64,000 nucleotides of DNA. It comes from Paragordius varius. Lineage: Eukaryota > Animalia > Nematomorpha. Below, one piece after another: positions 12,752-26,700 of the stretch (position 1 is the stretch's first letter; each line of letters begins with the position of its first letter). The stretch is taken from the NCBI GenBank assembly GCA_964247055.1, contig OZ176052.1:12586001-12650000 (forward strand), read 5' to 3'. The position numbers and the translations under genes were made by a program. The notes beneath the pieces are model-generated. The model was not told where the DNA came from, made no database searches, and worked only from the letters and a program-made list of their open reading frames with translations.

Positions 12752-14458
12752 CGAGGCTTCTTAAACTATGGGTCGCGTAGCAAAATTATGGGGTCGCGAG
12801 TGATAAAATTAAAATTTTACAAAAAATATTAATCTATATTATAAAAATGGAAAATGCGGCTTTGTAATCTGTTTCCGGAAAACCAGTAGACCCATTCGAA
12901 TCCAAATGTCGAAAAAATATAATCATTATTGAATGCGCCGACAATAGCTTCGTCTTTTTTTGAATTAGGCCCCCAGTTCGGGCATACCCCTTGTAAAAAA
13001 CCGGTTTTTTTGAAAAATCTTGTTTTTGAGACAATTTTCCTGAAAAAGTGTTGGACCATTCGATTTCAATTATATTTTTTTTACTTATTTTAAATTGCGC
13101 CGAACATAGTCGGCTCGCTTTTTCAATTTCGGCCCTGTTTTACCCCCTCCACCCGTTAAATGCCATTTTTTCAAAAATTCCACAAATAATTTTTTGAATC
13201 TATTTTTCGCCCAAAGTATGAGACCCTAAAAATTCAATAAGGATTCCAGATACCTGTTTAAAGGCAAATATTTTAGTCGACGTTTTTTATATTGGTTTTG
13301 GGTAGGGGGCTACCTGACAACAACTGCGCCACCATATCAATACAGCGTGGCTTTGGAGGCAAATTTTAGAAAGCTTATCAGGTCACATAAGTTCAATAAG
13401 GGCTTGAAATATTACCCTAAAAAGGCAAAAATTTAATTAGAGCGGTTTTAATAAATTACCCCTTAATAAGGCCCTTGCCCGGAAAAATGCGCCACCATAG
13501 AATGACTTTTTGGTTTTAGGGCACCACGGGAGCATATGGAATCAATTATGATTCCAGGTATTACCCGAATTAAGGAAAAAATGTAATCGAGCGTTTTTTG
13601 TTTCGCCCCTGGTTAGAGGCTACCCGGAAACTGCGTCACCATCTCGATACAGCATGCCTCAGCCAAATTTCAGAAAACCTATGAATTTAATAGGAACAAT
13701 GGATTCCATGATAAGTCCAGATATCCCCTAATGAGGGCAAAAATTATAACCAGCGCTTTTTTATACCTGCCCTGGGTTAGGAGCTGCCCGCCAAAAACTG
13801 CGCCATACTATGTAGAAATTGCTTTGTTTTGGAGCTATTTTACAGAAAATTATGAAGCCATATGAGCTCATTAAAAGCTTGAAATATTATCCGTAACTAG
13901 GTCAAAAAAATCAGGCGTTTTTTTATAAGCCGTTAATTTGGTGCCCTAAAAATACGCCATCCTATAACGATAATTTAGTGTTGAGGTATTTTTCAAAAAC
14001 CCATGAGACCATGGTATCAAAGATGACTTCAAATATTTGCCCTATAAAGGCAAAGACTTTAACTCAGCGCTTTTTCCATATAGGTTTATGGGTAGGGGTC
14101 TAACGGTTTAAAACTGAGACGCCATACAAAAATGGCATGGTTTTGGAGCTAATTTAAAAAAATATTAAGAAGCCATACGAGTTCAGTTGAACACATTTCT
14201 GGGGAATTTGTATATTATCATTCTTTCCTTTAAAAAGGGACCACCGATCATTAAAATATCTTGTATAAATTTACTATGAATCAGAAGATGTTATATAAAT
14301 TTATAAAAAATGTAGATTTATTTTTGTCAATCGCTTAAAACCGAAAAAATCCTAAATATTATCAACAAAATTTCTAGGCGATTTTCAAATTGTTGGGGTC
14401 GTTAAGAAACTCGCTATCGTAAATGGGGTCGGGAATTACAAAAGTTTAAGAAGCCCTG
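12752..14458. mobile_element. hAT-type MITE interrupted by a Helitron
   Basis: TIRs cgaggcttcttaaact / agtttaagaagccctg; gtctaatg repeated at both ends (8-bp TSD, with a one-base ambiguity at the right end); subterminal gggtcgcg motifs. Confidence 0.7.
12833..14234 (+). mobile_element. Non-autonomous Helitron (3'-truncated) with ~6 diverged ~155-bp internal repeats
   Basis: 5' end A|TCTATATTATAAAAATGG; colinear with the 29.7-kb copy up to the shared cattctttcctttaaaaag..accac. Confidence 0.7.
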
Positions 14459-16562
14459 TCTAATGTATTGCAATATTTTGAAAATTTCATCTTTATCGTG
14501 CCCAAACCAATCTTATCTATTTTTGTCATTCTTTCTGTTATCGTTAACATTCTTGTTCAACATAAATACATTTTTTCTTAATTTTGTCCTTTCTCGTTAC
14601 CCATACATCATCCTAAGTAATTTCATCTCTGTAACATTAATATGGCTTACCTTAGATTTTTGTAGATATAAGCTTATAATGATTGAGATTAACGGTAATA
14701 TTCTAGCCTGAAAATAAATACAACGACCATAACCTGTTTATATTCTTATAATTGCCATAATATTATAAATTGTAACTGAAATTTCAATGTTTTTATCTAA
14801 TATAACTTTAAATGATAAAATTTTAGTATAACTTTTTAAATGATGTGTCAATTATTTAGCGCTTTATGATTAAATGTTATTTCTTTAAAATCGGGCCTTA
14901 TTTTAAAATTAAAAACCTGATTTGTTTTCAACTAAACTCTAATTGTTATTATAATAATAGGCGCTTATCATTGATTTAAATAAAAATTATGAGATTTTTC
15001 GGGGCTTTGGAGGTTTTTTAATATTTACGGCTTTATTATCGAATTTCTAAACCTAAATGTTTCAGTGATTTGAGATATTTTTCAATCCTACTGAATTTAA
15101 TAATTGAAACCATATATAGCCTTGTATTTTTTATAAAGACTTATCATTGAATGAAATGATGGATATAACTCAAGTCATGTTACCAAATCAACAAAGCATA
15201 ACGGAGAAGACATCAGCCAAAATTGCTTGTTTATACGGAAAACTAAGGTTATGGTTGAATGGAAAATTGCACAGCATGGATTGCACTTCAAATCACAATC
15301 GCAATTAAAGCTCACAAATATATTTTAAGACAATCATTTTCAAGCTAACCAGCATTTTTTATTTTGTAATTTATGGTGCACTTAGATTTAAAGCCCCTGT
15401 TTTTTGCTTATACCAAAAATATTTTTATGAATTGATGTGTACCCGATCAACGATCTCTACACAACATCATAATCTATTATATTTTGCAATAAATTGGAAA
15501 ATTATCTAGAATGATCACAATATATGATAAAATTAAAATATCAAATGCCGAGTAAAGTATTTTCTGCAATGACTAGACGTCATCTTGACGCAGACAGCCC
15601 ACATATATGTTTAATTCAACAATGCTTGATATTTTTATATCACATTATACTCAAAATGTATAAATATTACTTGATTGGGAAAACGTTATTATATATTCTA
15701 AAAAGTGACTTTTTTGCCGGGAATTTTAATAGGGACATTAGATAACAACTTTATTTTATAAAGAAACCCAAATTCTACATTGATGTTATAAATATAAGCT
15801 ATCGTTTATAAGAGATAATCGTATCTTAAATACTTATTTTAATCCCATTATATAAATAAAGTCAAGGAGAAAATATCAATTAAAAAAAATTAAAAGTTTA
15901 ATTCTTTATTCGCAAGAAATAGGGACTGTCTTATTCCAGAACTAAAATTAAGTAAATAAACATTTTTATGTCGGTCACAAATTTCATACCAAATTTTGGA
16001 ATGGTTAGGAAAATATTGAAAAATAACAGTAATTCATTTAAGGATGTCAAAATAACCTAAACGGTAAATTAACGCTTGCTCAAAAAAATATTACAGCCAT
16101 CTATAGTTCGAATCAGAGCTTATAACCGAAACCAAATATAAGCGGGATTCGGTTTCGCTGAGTTGAAACCAAAGCCGTTCTGGTGCCACATCCTTAAAAA
16201 CCCAATCGATTTCAAAATTATTCTAAAGTACCAAAATATTAAAATATATGCTTTGAAATATTAGTACCATGGCAATAAAAATCCAATTAAGCATTAACCT
16301 TATCAATGAATTGCTTAATAACCAAAAGGAATCCTTTTAAAAACTGATTGAATAATCGATATTGAAACCTTTAGCTCTTAAAATCAATGTAATCGTTAAG
16401 GATCGTAATGTACGGAATGTTCTCTTCAACCCTTGATGAAAAACTGTGGATAAATCAATTAAAAATGTTAGTATTTTTATATCAGCTTTTTCATTTTTTC
16501 AACATCCCTAATCAAATAAAGTTTATCATGTCCAATCAGATATAATCATAAAAACTATGCGG

Positions 16563-16802
16563 CAGAGGCATAGCTTGCATTTCTGGTGCCCCGTACATGC
16601 GACCCCTTGCAATTTAAAAAATAAATAAATTTAAATGGTGGTCATGACCACTCATAAATGGGTAATTTTTTTATGTATTCTTAAAAAAATAACTTTTAAA
16701 TACCTTTTTTTGAAATAAAATTAATAATTTTTAAAATCCGGCGTCTCTTTAAGTATGACGGCCGGTGCATCAGCCCCCCTTTCCTCTCTAGCTACGCCTC
16801 TG
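16563..16802. mobile_element. MITE with cagaggc(a/g)tagc TIRs
   Basis: cagaggcatagc at 16563 and gctacgcctctg ending at 16802; no clear TSD. Confidence 0.6.
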
Positions 16803-16918
16803 TATTAATATATTTATAATAAACTAGAGGATAATACAAATCATTGACGAATTTTTTTGATATAACTATTTATTCAAATTTATAACAAATTACATGGTAG
16901 TGATGATAAGTGCCTTCA

Positions 16919-19900
16919 TTATTTTTTGGAAAAAATATGTTTTAAATATGAAATAGTCAATTTTCTATAAAACGGATTAAACATGAGGTTGAAATAAAAT
17001 GTACAAGTAACATAAATGAGTTCAAAAACGCTCAAAAGCAAATAAGCTCTAGCCAAAACATTTCTTGATACATTAGACACCACATGATACCAAACCATTT
17101 GAAGGATTGCCAACGGTAACAGGAGAAGAATAAATTCCACAGTCAAAATAAACATTGTTCTCACCTAAAAATAATTATTTGATCAGGATTTAACATTATA
17201 TTAATGTTTGTACAAGATATTATCTCTGGTCAAGTGGTTTCATATTGAAATATGTCTATTTGAATAAGGAGGCTTACAAAATATAACCCTTATATTTGTA
17301 GAATTCACAATGTTAAAATTTTAAAAAATCCATCCAAATTGATGTGCAGGATGCATTAACTCACTTTAATTGTCATCAAATATTATTTGTAGAGTTATAT
17401 TTTGGAAAAATTTGTTATAAAAGTTTTTATCATAGCCAGCTTTAAATTAAATATTAGAGTTTTTTACATAGACTCCCGTAATATCATATTTTTGTATGGT
17501 AATTAAGCGGATATAATAAGGCATATTAATGGCATGACAACACAGAATCAAAACACTTAAAATTATCATTTTGTTAAATATATAGGTTTATTTCCTTTCT
17601 TATATCCCAATGGCAAAATCATATTTTTTATTCAATAAATTCTAATTATTTGGGCATCCAATTAAAACAAGGATATTAATTTTATTAATTGGTCTCTATT
17701 TTGATTGATTAATATGAAAATTAATGAATAACGTCTACTGACTTCAGATAAAAAGTTTTTGATTCAACTTGTATCAATGGGACTCAAAAATTTGTAGTGA
17801 TAATCTTTACCAGTCGAAAAAAGCATGCGATATGAAAGATTCTAAATATATCGGCATCTACATTCGCCCACCATCTCTCAAGTAATAAATTAATGTCATC
17901 CAGGAAAAGGCTGATGTTTGAGGGCAAACCATTAGTCAAAGGGCGGATTCAGAAGAATTTCCCATAAAGGCGATTTTATGGTGTCTAACTTGTTTTGCCG
18001 TATCTCTTGGATGATTGCCATGTAGCAAAATCACTTTCCATCTTCCGGCCATTCTGATTTCAATTAAAGCATGGTTGGTGTCCAATAATGCGGGCCTTCG
18101 AAATATTATGTGCAGCCCGCCAATAATTTAAAAAATACCAAACAAAAGCAAAATTTAAAATGTACACAAAATCTTATTTTAATGAATTTTTTTGATCAAA
18201 TTTTCTAAATAAGTCTTTCTGGCTAGAAATATTTTTTATATGCAGTTATATTATGTTTTAGAATCTTTATTTTAAATCTAATGTATTATTCATTACATGT
18301 ACTTTTCAATGCGACCCGGAGGGTTTTTTGAGTGCATTTGTTCTGGACACCGCTGGTTTAAATTGATCATTTTTTGGAGAGAGCTCTGTGTATTAACGAT
18401 TTCACCGCGTTTTAAAAAAATAATATAAAATGCTTTGGTCCCACCGAATACAAAACAAGGTATCCTTGAAAGTGATTTGGCGTAGGTTTTGATAGTCCGG
18501 CTTGCAAGGTCAAACGTTTTCAATCTGCTTTGAATTTGCAAAATAATTAATTCTCATTTGTTAGGTTCGATACAAAAAGGATTTTTTGTCACCCTGAAGA
18601 AAAATTTCCCAAAGCTGTGATTTTAGACATTATGTTCATAATAAATTGAGTGGGACCGATTTTGCTCATAGACTGCTTCTGATTGCCGTTGATTTTTAGT
18701 TGAGGATCATCTAATAATCTTGCACTTTATCGTCTGCGCAGTGGGTCTGCCTGAGCGCATACTATCTTTTAATCGAAATCACAACAATTTTTGAAACCAT
18801 GTTTCACATGGTTTAATCGATGGAGTATATCGATCATATGTTTCTACCTGCTATCGATGATTTTCAACAGCCTTTTTCGGTTGATGGAAATAGATGCCGC
18901 AAATGTCATTTTTAAGGCACAAAATACCACATATTACTGATTGATAAAAGTAAGACACTAGTTAATGGTGAACTCACCTTGTGTGCTTGTCGTTTGATGT
19001 CAGATAAACAAAATGGTTTCTGTGTCAAATTAATCAGCTGAATTCTTTTTAGTGGCGCCTTATATAATAAAACCGGGGACTTAAATCCGGTACCGATAAG
19101 CCTAAATTTGTTACATCACCAAAATATATTTAGGCACTTAATATAACCTTTTAAGAGCTGGAAATATTAAACAAAAAAGAGGGCGGGGGCCGGGGACATT
19201 CCCACATTACTAAAATTAAGAAAAAATAAATCTTTTTGATATGTTAATTTTTATCGCATTTAAAAGCCAAACTTTTAATCAGTAATGCATACATATAATA
19301 AAAATAATTCTGATACATTTCCCCATTTCGGGACATATTATATTAACCTCGATTTCGTTAACTTATATCTCTGTAAAATTTAAGAAACATAAACTTGTTC
19401 TTGGGAACTTTCTGATCTTTTACGAAACAGTGCATTTGTTTGACGGAGAATTTTACGCGGATCCTGGTTGTTGTCACCTGTAACATATGAAGGGCTACTT
19501 CTTTCCGATAAATGTGAGGCCGTGGTATGCGACCTGAGAATATCATTCATAACACGTCTATCGTGTTTAAGAGCAAAATATTTCAAAATCATGATAGTGA
19601 TAAACGGTATGATACGCAAACAAATCTCTCGTAATATTTCATAAGTGAATCGCTCCCTATATATTTTGGTTCCTCTGTTCAAGGTGTCGCCTGGCCTTAC
19701 AAACCATAAATATACACCATTGGCTGTATATTGAGGTTTGGGGAAAAGATGTTTTCTGCTCATATATCGGTCAAAAGCCACGTCTTTTATGCAAATAAAA
19801 TGTCGTTTTTTGTTAAGCCAGGAATAAATCGGAATATACCATACAATAGAAATGACGGCACTGGCTATCATGACGCAAATTAATCGAAATTTGGTTACTA

Positions 19901-20363
19901 AAACATTGTATTTGAAAGGGTAGATCTTTGCTATAAACTGATTTATAAAAATTATGATGTATAAGAAAAATCCCAAATTAACCAACCCCTTGCTAATGAT
20001 GTAATGAACATGTGCCAGATAAAAAGCCCATCCCATTCGACCCCATATAAAATTGTTTCGGGGTCGTCCAAACAGCTTAAGGATAGGTGAAAACAAAATA
20101 AGTAAGCTATTGATGAGATTTACTAAATAAAAGTATTTTATAAGGAATTGATCGTTTGAAAGCTTTAGGGATGCTTTTTTGCGCGAAACTATAGGGCCAT
20201 TTGAATGATCCATGTTTAATTGAGATTTCGAAGCCAAAATATAGCCAAAAGCATTGCCTATAATACCCAATCCCATGAGTGTTACAGAAAAATATTTGTT
20301 AAATTTATTTGCAACAACATTCGGAAACAAATCGACGCTGCTGTAATTTGTGCAATGGTTCAT
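16919..20363 (-). CDS. Second class A GPCR, paralog of 414-1832; exons 20363-19395 and 17164-16919; ~404 aa
   Basis: Shared motifs GIIGN, FYLAHVHY, INQFIAKIYP, YEILREICLRIIPF. Phase-0 GT..AG intron 19394-17165 joins EQ|VRTMFILTVEF, matching EQIRTLIILTVEF in the paralog; ends LMFNPFYR. Confidence 0.85.
17840..18930 (-). pseudogene. Mariner (Mos1-like) transposase relic inside the GPCR2 intron
   Basis: Ordered fragments AVENHR*QVETY...KPCETWFQK, LKRGEIVNT..QKMINLN, KVILLHGN, WEILLNPP and ERW resemble Mos1 motifs (recalled); multiple stops and frameshifts. Confidence 0.8.
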
Positions 20364-20891
20364 GGATGAGACATTTTATAGTAAATGTCAATATTTAACA
20401 AAAATTACCCAAATTATATAATGAGATTAGATAGCGTTTTTTTGAGATACAACACACACCTTTCTATATAAATATTCCCTTTATTATATTGTGCACATTT
20501 TTCTTTTATCATATAATTATATTTAATCTTTTATCTTGACTATATCATAACACACAATACTAATTTCTTTTAATTATATCCTTTATTAAAAAAAATATAT
20601 AATGCTGCTTTTAGGAATACAGGTTGTAAAAATGGGTCGTTAATCACTACAAACAATAAAAAAGCTTTAGTGATTAAATGAGTTGATTCAAATTAAGGGA
20701 CTTGCCAACCATTTTATCCTAAAAGCTTTTTAATGGCGATTGATTACCTTTGAAATAATTGTTTGTGCAAAAAAAGATAAAATTTAATTGTTTGTGCAAA
20801 CATAGACCGAGAAATAGATAGGAACAATAGATACAAACACAAATAAAGTTATAAAAAGTTTTTAATGTGACCATACACGACATAGTTAAAT

Positions 20892-23644
20892 ATGAAAAAA
20901 GCTTATTTGAGATGGTCACTCAGATTAGTTGACTGTATCATATCGTTTTTCATTGTTGGTCCATTGGTTGTTATATATTGGAGGTCTGTCTGGATCTTTC
21001 CGGACACTTGGAGATATCCCTTTAATGCAAGCGAATTGGACATTGACTCTGAAGAAATAATTGACCATTCTTATGAACCATATAAGCTACGCAAAACTTT
21101 CAGTGATCACAATCAAAAAATCAACAGTTTTGAAAAAGATAACAAATCACTAAACACCGTTTTAACTATCAACAATAAAACCGATGTAACATTCATCAAC
21201 CATATCTCACATCTATTTCACGCTCTCCTGAAAAAGGGTCTTTTAGATAGTCGGGGGAATCGAAGTCACTATGATTGGAGCCTCCATAAAACACATAAGC
21301 ATGCCCAAATGCAGTTGCGTTTATGCATAGGATTTTTCGTTTTGGGAAGTATTGTATCCATATGTTCCGTCATTGCTCAATATAAGTTACAAACAGTCTT
21401 AACCAAGTTGTCTCTTACATTGACTTCAAATAAATTTACTCAAAACATATTTTGCAAGATTTTTTTTACAATATATGCTTACATATTATCTTCCATGGCA
21501 ATTATTCAATGGAGAGGATTTTGGAATATGTTAAATTTATTGGTAGGAACTTCCCTCAAATCTGCCAGTTGCGTTTTTCTGGTTGGATTTTTGGTGCTGA
21601 TGACAACAGGAACACTAAATAACGTTATTACTGTTCCACTTAACATATCTAACGATTGGAGTCCAAACGATTTATACATTATACCAACTATTTTCCAATT
21701 TAAAGTAAAGAATTTATTTGACATAACTTTATATTAGAACAAATAAAAGTATGGGACTAATATAGCGACCCAATAAAAATATAAACCTGTCAATTTATGT
21801 AAAGCGAGTCATAATATGTTCCTTAGTTTAATCAATGTCAGAAGTGTTCAACATGCGGCCAGCTAAGTTTTTTAAAAATTCCATAAAAATTAAAAAATAT
21901 AAAAGTCCTAGACTTGTTATATTGAAGCTTTTTACGTTCTCTGCATATTAAGGCCTTACATTTAAAATATATGTTAAAACAACGGATAGACTTTGATAAA
22001 GTCGTTGCACTTTTTAGATATAACCGGTTTCAAAACGTAATTTAAGCTAATGAAATTATTACAATTGATGAAGATAAATAGCTATGTTTTAACTTAAATA
22101 TACTTTTTGAGTTTATGGTGTAATAAACATAAAGGATTTTAAAACAAATTAAATTTAACTAACAAAAGACTAAGGTATCATAACAAATGAATATGCAAAA
22201 CTCATTTTTTTTATACTATATTATTTCAGCCCATAGATAGTAAAGCAATGTTTGTTTTGGATGGATTAATTTCTGTATTAATATTTAACAATGCGGTAAC
22301 TTGTTTGTGGAACGGGGGTTGGAATCTATTTCAAGGTTTTTCAGTGTTGCTCGGCGTCCCTTCTTCATATTGGCTAACCTTATACTTCGCTTCAATAACA
22401 CTGCCAATAATTCTATTCGTAAAAATATTGATTTATGTCCCATCGCCGTTTTTAAACGATAGCAAAAAATTTTCAATATTTCACAAAACCTGCTTTAAAT
22501 GTTGCCCTAAAGATAAAAGGAAAAATAAATCCCAAAATCATTCAAATATTGAGTTGGAGGATGAGGATGAAATTCATACATTTTGCACCGAAACTCCAAT
22601 GATAAAAAGGAAGCTTTTAGCAGGAAAAATAAAATACCCCTTAATTATTGGAAATTATATTTTGCGATATACTATGCTAGTATTTGGGTTCATTGGAGTC
22701 CTGACATATTGGATAGGTATATTTCATGCATTGCATTTTAAAGTTTATTAAAGGAAATAACATATCCGTATTATATTTTTACACTTTGATCTTAAAATAT
22801 AATCTGTACCCGTTGATTCATATTACCTATTTATTTAAAATTTCAGGAAATAATATTGGCAATCTTGGATTGGCCATAATTTGGCTAACAGGAGACGAAA
22901 TTCTGCTTGAATGGTTCTGAAAGGTTAACAACGGGTCTGGTTGCCTTGTTTTTGTAGTTTTATCGCCTTTACGATTCTTAATAATAAACCAGTTACAGTA
23001 GTGGTTTAGGTTTAAACTTTAGAATATTAGTCAGCATTTTTCGTCCTTTTAAATACTCATTGGCCAAAAAAAGTGTTGGCACTAATATATATAAAAGGTT
23101 TTTGGTTATAATAAATTGTGTTAAATTAGCACGAGAAGGTGAGTGCATAATTGTAATTTTATTGGTTTAAGCAGGCTTATATTATTTAAATTATAGTATA
23201 TTCAATTCTTTTTTAATGAACTTTTTATACAATTTAGGGCTCTGGTTATTGCTGGATTATTACATTCACTTTCGTTATTTGGCTCTCACTCATTTCGGTT
23301 CCTTCTTAGCTCTAACTGTATTTATGACCAGTAATTCAATCATTTTCCGCGGAGTTTACAAAGATAACCAATATTTCTCACAATTTGGAAGAGCTAACAT
23401 ACAATTTTGCGGGTTTCTCCAACCAATAAACGGTAAACCCCTGACAAAATCTTTGAAAAAGCAAATAATATATACAGTGCCACAAAGATCAAGTGATATA
23501 ACCACATCTCCCCATCCAAATATGACTTTAAATGACAATGAAAATAGGGATCAGACAACGAAAATTATTATACATGATAATCATTGGTTAATACCGAAAT
23601 TCTTATTGGGTATTCCCTGGATACAACAACGTATATATGATTAA
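20892..23644 (+). CDS. Fuseless-family multipass membrane protein; exons 20892-21704, 22230-22716, 23238-23644; ~568 aa
   Basis: Repeated Fuseless-like motifs GPLVVIYWRSVW, IIQWRGFWNML, CLWNGGWNL, TYWI|GLWLLLDYY, THFGSF..SNSIIFRGVYKD. Both introns are GT..AG and phase-compatible; exon sum 1707 nt is divisible by 3. Confidence 0.8.
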
Positions 23645-23733
23645 GCAGTTAGATAAACATGCAATAATTATAAATTAGAAAATAAATTTTATTATATATT
23701 GCACTATATATATAATAATTATATTCGTATAAT

Positions 23734-26700
23734 TTATTTTTGTTGCATTTTATGCTTTACGCATATCCAAGTATTTAACGTTTCAAACGCTTTTACAGGA
23801 ACGCCCGATTGAAAGGGTATGTGCCATGTTATACTGTCATCTTTGGTGTTTTTCTGCGGATTTATATCGTATTTTAGTGTTGGCTAAAATTAAATATAAA
23901 AATAATTGTAAGCTCTGGTTAAATTTATTAAACGATTTGTAAATATTATTGAGATTTGACTATATTATTTAATTATTTGTAAAAATAAGTTATATTTATC
24001 TTTTTGCTAATTAAATAATTTTTTATGTTATAAATCTACTGCTCATAATTAAAAGGTAAAATAGGTTGGGTACATTCGATAAAAACGTCGTTTTATAAAA
24101 ATGGATTCATAAAAAATCTAAAAAAATGTTTTTTTTCAAGTAATAATATTAGGATTATAACGTTGTAATAAAATAAACCATTAATTTACCATGATAATAG
24201 TGAGATATAATTATTGCACCGGAAAACCATATATAAAAATAAATCTAATTTCTAAATCTAATTTAATTTTAAAAAGTTTACAAAAATAAAGTTTAATTCA
24301 ATGATATAATTCAAAAATTAATACAAATACCATAAGTGTTAAGTGACCAGAATGTGAAACTTTGATTGCAAAAAGTGAATGCATTTTTCGCCAACGCTCA
24401 AATGTTTTGTGATTCGGGGCTGTCAAAATAAATTTGTGATCCCTAAATAAGTCTTTGGTAAGGATGTATGTGCCTAGCCCTTTGTGAAGTGCAGCATATA
24501 TGAGGTAGGGATCATCTTTCGACCTTAAAAGTACAATGAATTTATGATAAATTTATATTTTCATGTTCATTCGAAACTTTTAAAACGGTATATTATATTT
24601 AATTTTTTGGTTCTATATTTATTTATGTTAAAATCTTGTCCAATTAATAATCATAACGGAACTTTTAATCAATTTATATTTCTTACCGATGTAAAGTATT
24701 TAACAGTTCGCAAAAAGTAAAATTACTATTGGTGTCATAATCTGAAAACGGGTTCGGGTTATAATTTTGAAAAATAGATATTCCCTAACCCTTGAAATTA
24801 ACATCCACTAAATTCACAAAACAATATTGTTTAGTATTCATTGCGCCTAGTTAAAAAGTTGATATTTCTCCAGCCTTTATTGTATTAATTTTATAAACAA
24901 TACTCAATTAAAGTAGGTGAAAATTGAATATAAATTATAAAAAGGGTACGGAGAAATAGCGAAAATTTTGTAAATAAATAAGCTTTAATACTTGATTTTT
25001 TTATGGAATATATTAAAATAACCCTAAATTGTGTCAGTAATGAAATGTATATAGAGGATGAAAATAAATGTACGCATTATCCGTCAAAAATGTTGGGTAG
25101 CGTTTGAAAATGGCTTGTAAAGGTCTGCCCACCAAATGTTTGTCCCAATAAAGCATATGCCGCCGACCGAAAAGGGCTACTTTGCGCCCCTTATGATTAG
25201 TGAAATAATCGATGGCTGATTGTAACTGTCCAAAAATCAATATAAAAAAAATTAAACATTGAATGTGTTAAAAATATTTTAGTTATCAATTGTATGAATA
25301 GAAACATTGTCTGTTGCTTAAATTAATGAAAAACGCTTCAACATACTAAAAAAATCAGGTCATTAAATAGTCGAGAATAAATATAATTCAATAACTAAAA
25401 TAATTACAAAATGTAGCAAAATACAAATTGATTGATATTACTATAAGCACGCGTGTTTGGATAGTTTTGGAATGCATGAAGCATAAATTTAAGGCATCGA
25501 TCACGACATCGTAATCATTGTTCCTCAAAAAACTTTGATATCGCTTGAATTCCTAATATACATAAAAGAAAAGAATAAATTATTTTTTTGTTCAAATGAA
25601 AATCTAAATATAGTATCAATCAAAAAACCTCAGGCGTTGTGTTTAGGAATATATCTTTATCCTGCAATACTTCCCTGGAAAAACTGTCCTTCAAATTATT
25701 ATATTCGGATTGTGTGATTTGTATTGGAACTAAAAAATCTTTGCAACATTCACATTGTCCCCTAAATACAACATTCAAGGTTAAACTTCCCTTTTATGTT
25801 ATATATATTAATAATTGCATTGTTAGCGTTTCACTCATAAGTTAGGACAAAAAAGGGTAAATACAAAATATAGAAATTTAAATATGGGTAAAAGGTCTTA
25901 ATTATTATAAAAGGCAACAATAATTATATAATTGAGTAAAAATTGCTTCCGAGTTAATATAAAGTGCATTTAATTTTGCTCAAGATGCCAAAACCAAAAC
26001 AAATATTTTATTAATTATTTTTGTGCTTAATTACATATTTGATTTAAAATGAAAACCTTGTAGTCATCGATGCATACGAAGCTTGAAAATGAGGTATTTT
26101 GTTAACATGATTTACCAGGCTTGTCACAATGGGGTGTTTCAAATATTGAATGGCGGTAAAATCAATTTCCGTAATTTTATCTAACAACATGAGTGCATTA
26201 GATTTTCTTTGCGAATCGGTTTCATTCATTAGCGGGCTTTCAACAAACCAATGAATCATATTTTCAATCTCGGCAGCAGACGTATATTTTGGAACAAACA
26301 AAGAGAATTGAGCAATTTTTTCGGGTACAATCGAAGAAGCATAACTTTCAAATAGTTTAGCAAATATGTTTGATTGTCGGATACCAAGTTTAATGGATGT
26401 AAATAGGTTATAACCTATATCATAGGCATGAGGGATGTGTTTGTGGCGTAACAAAAATTTTATGATATGGTTAACATCAGACATAGAATGATGCGTTTGA
26501 TTTTTAGACCCAATGGTCAAGAACTGTATCATAGTTTCTAAAACGCGTATAAAGTTCTTTGCATTAAAACAAGTGTATCTGGAGTAAGCATACAAAATTC
26601 TAGAATGAGTTATTTCATCAATTAATGTTATGTCGGAAATAGCTTTGGTGTATTCTAATACCAAATTATCGATAGTTGAGCTGATTAAATTATTTTTGAA

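Noticed and set aside
12829-13059. Recurrent small ORFs (also 29695-30353, 31038-31739, 62771-63321)
   Set aside because: All lie within copies of the Helitron repeat, and their frames are not conserved between copies.
15130-15720. Coding-like stretch between the hAT MITE and GPCR2
   Set aside because: Only short open frames with no recognisable motif; probably an old TE remnant, but I cannot support a call.
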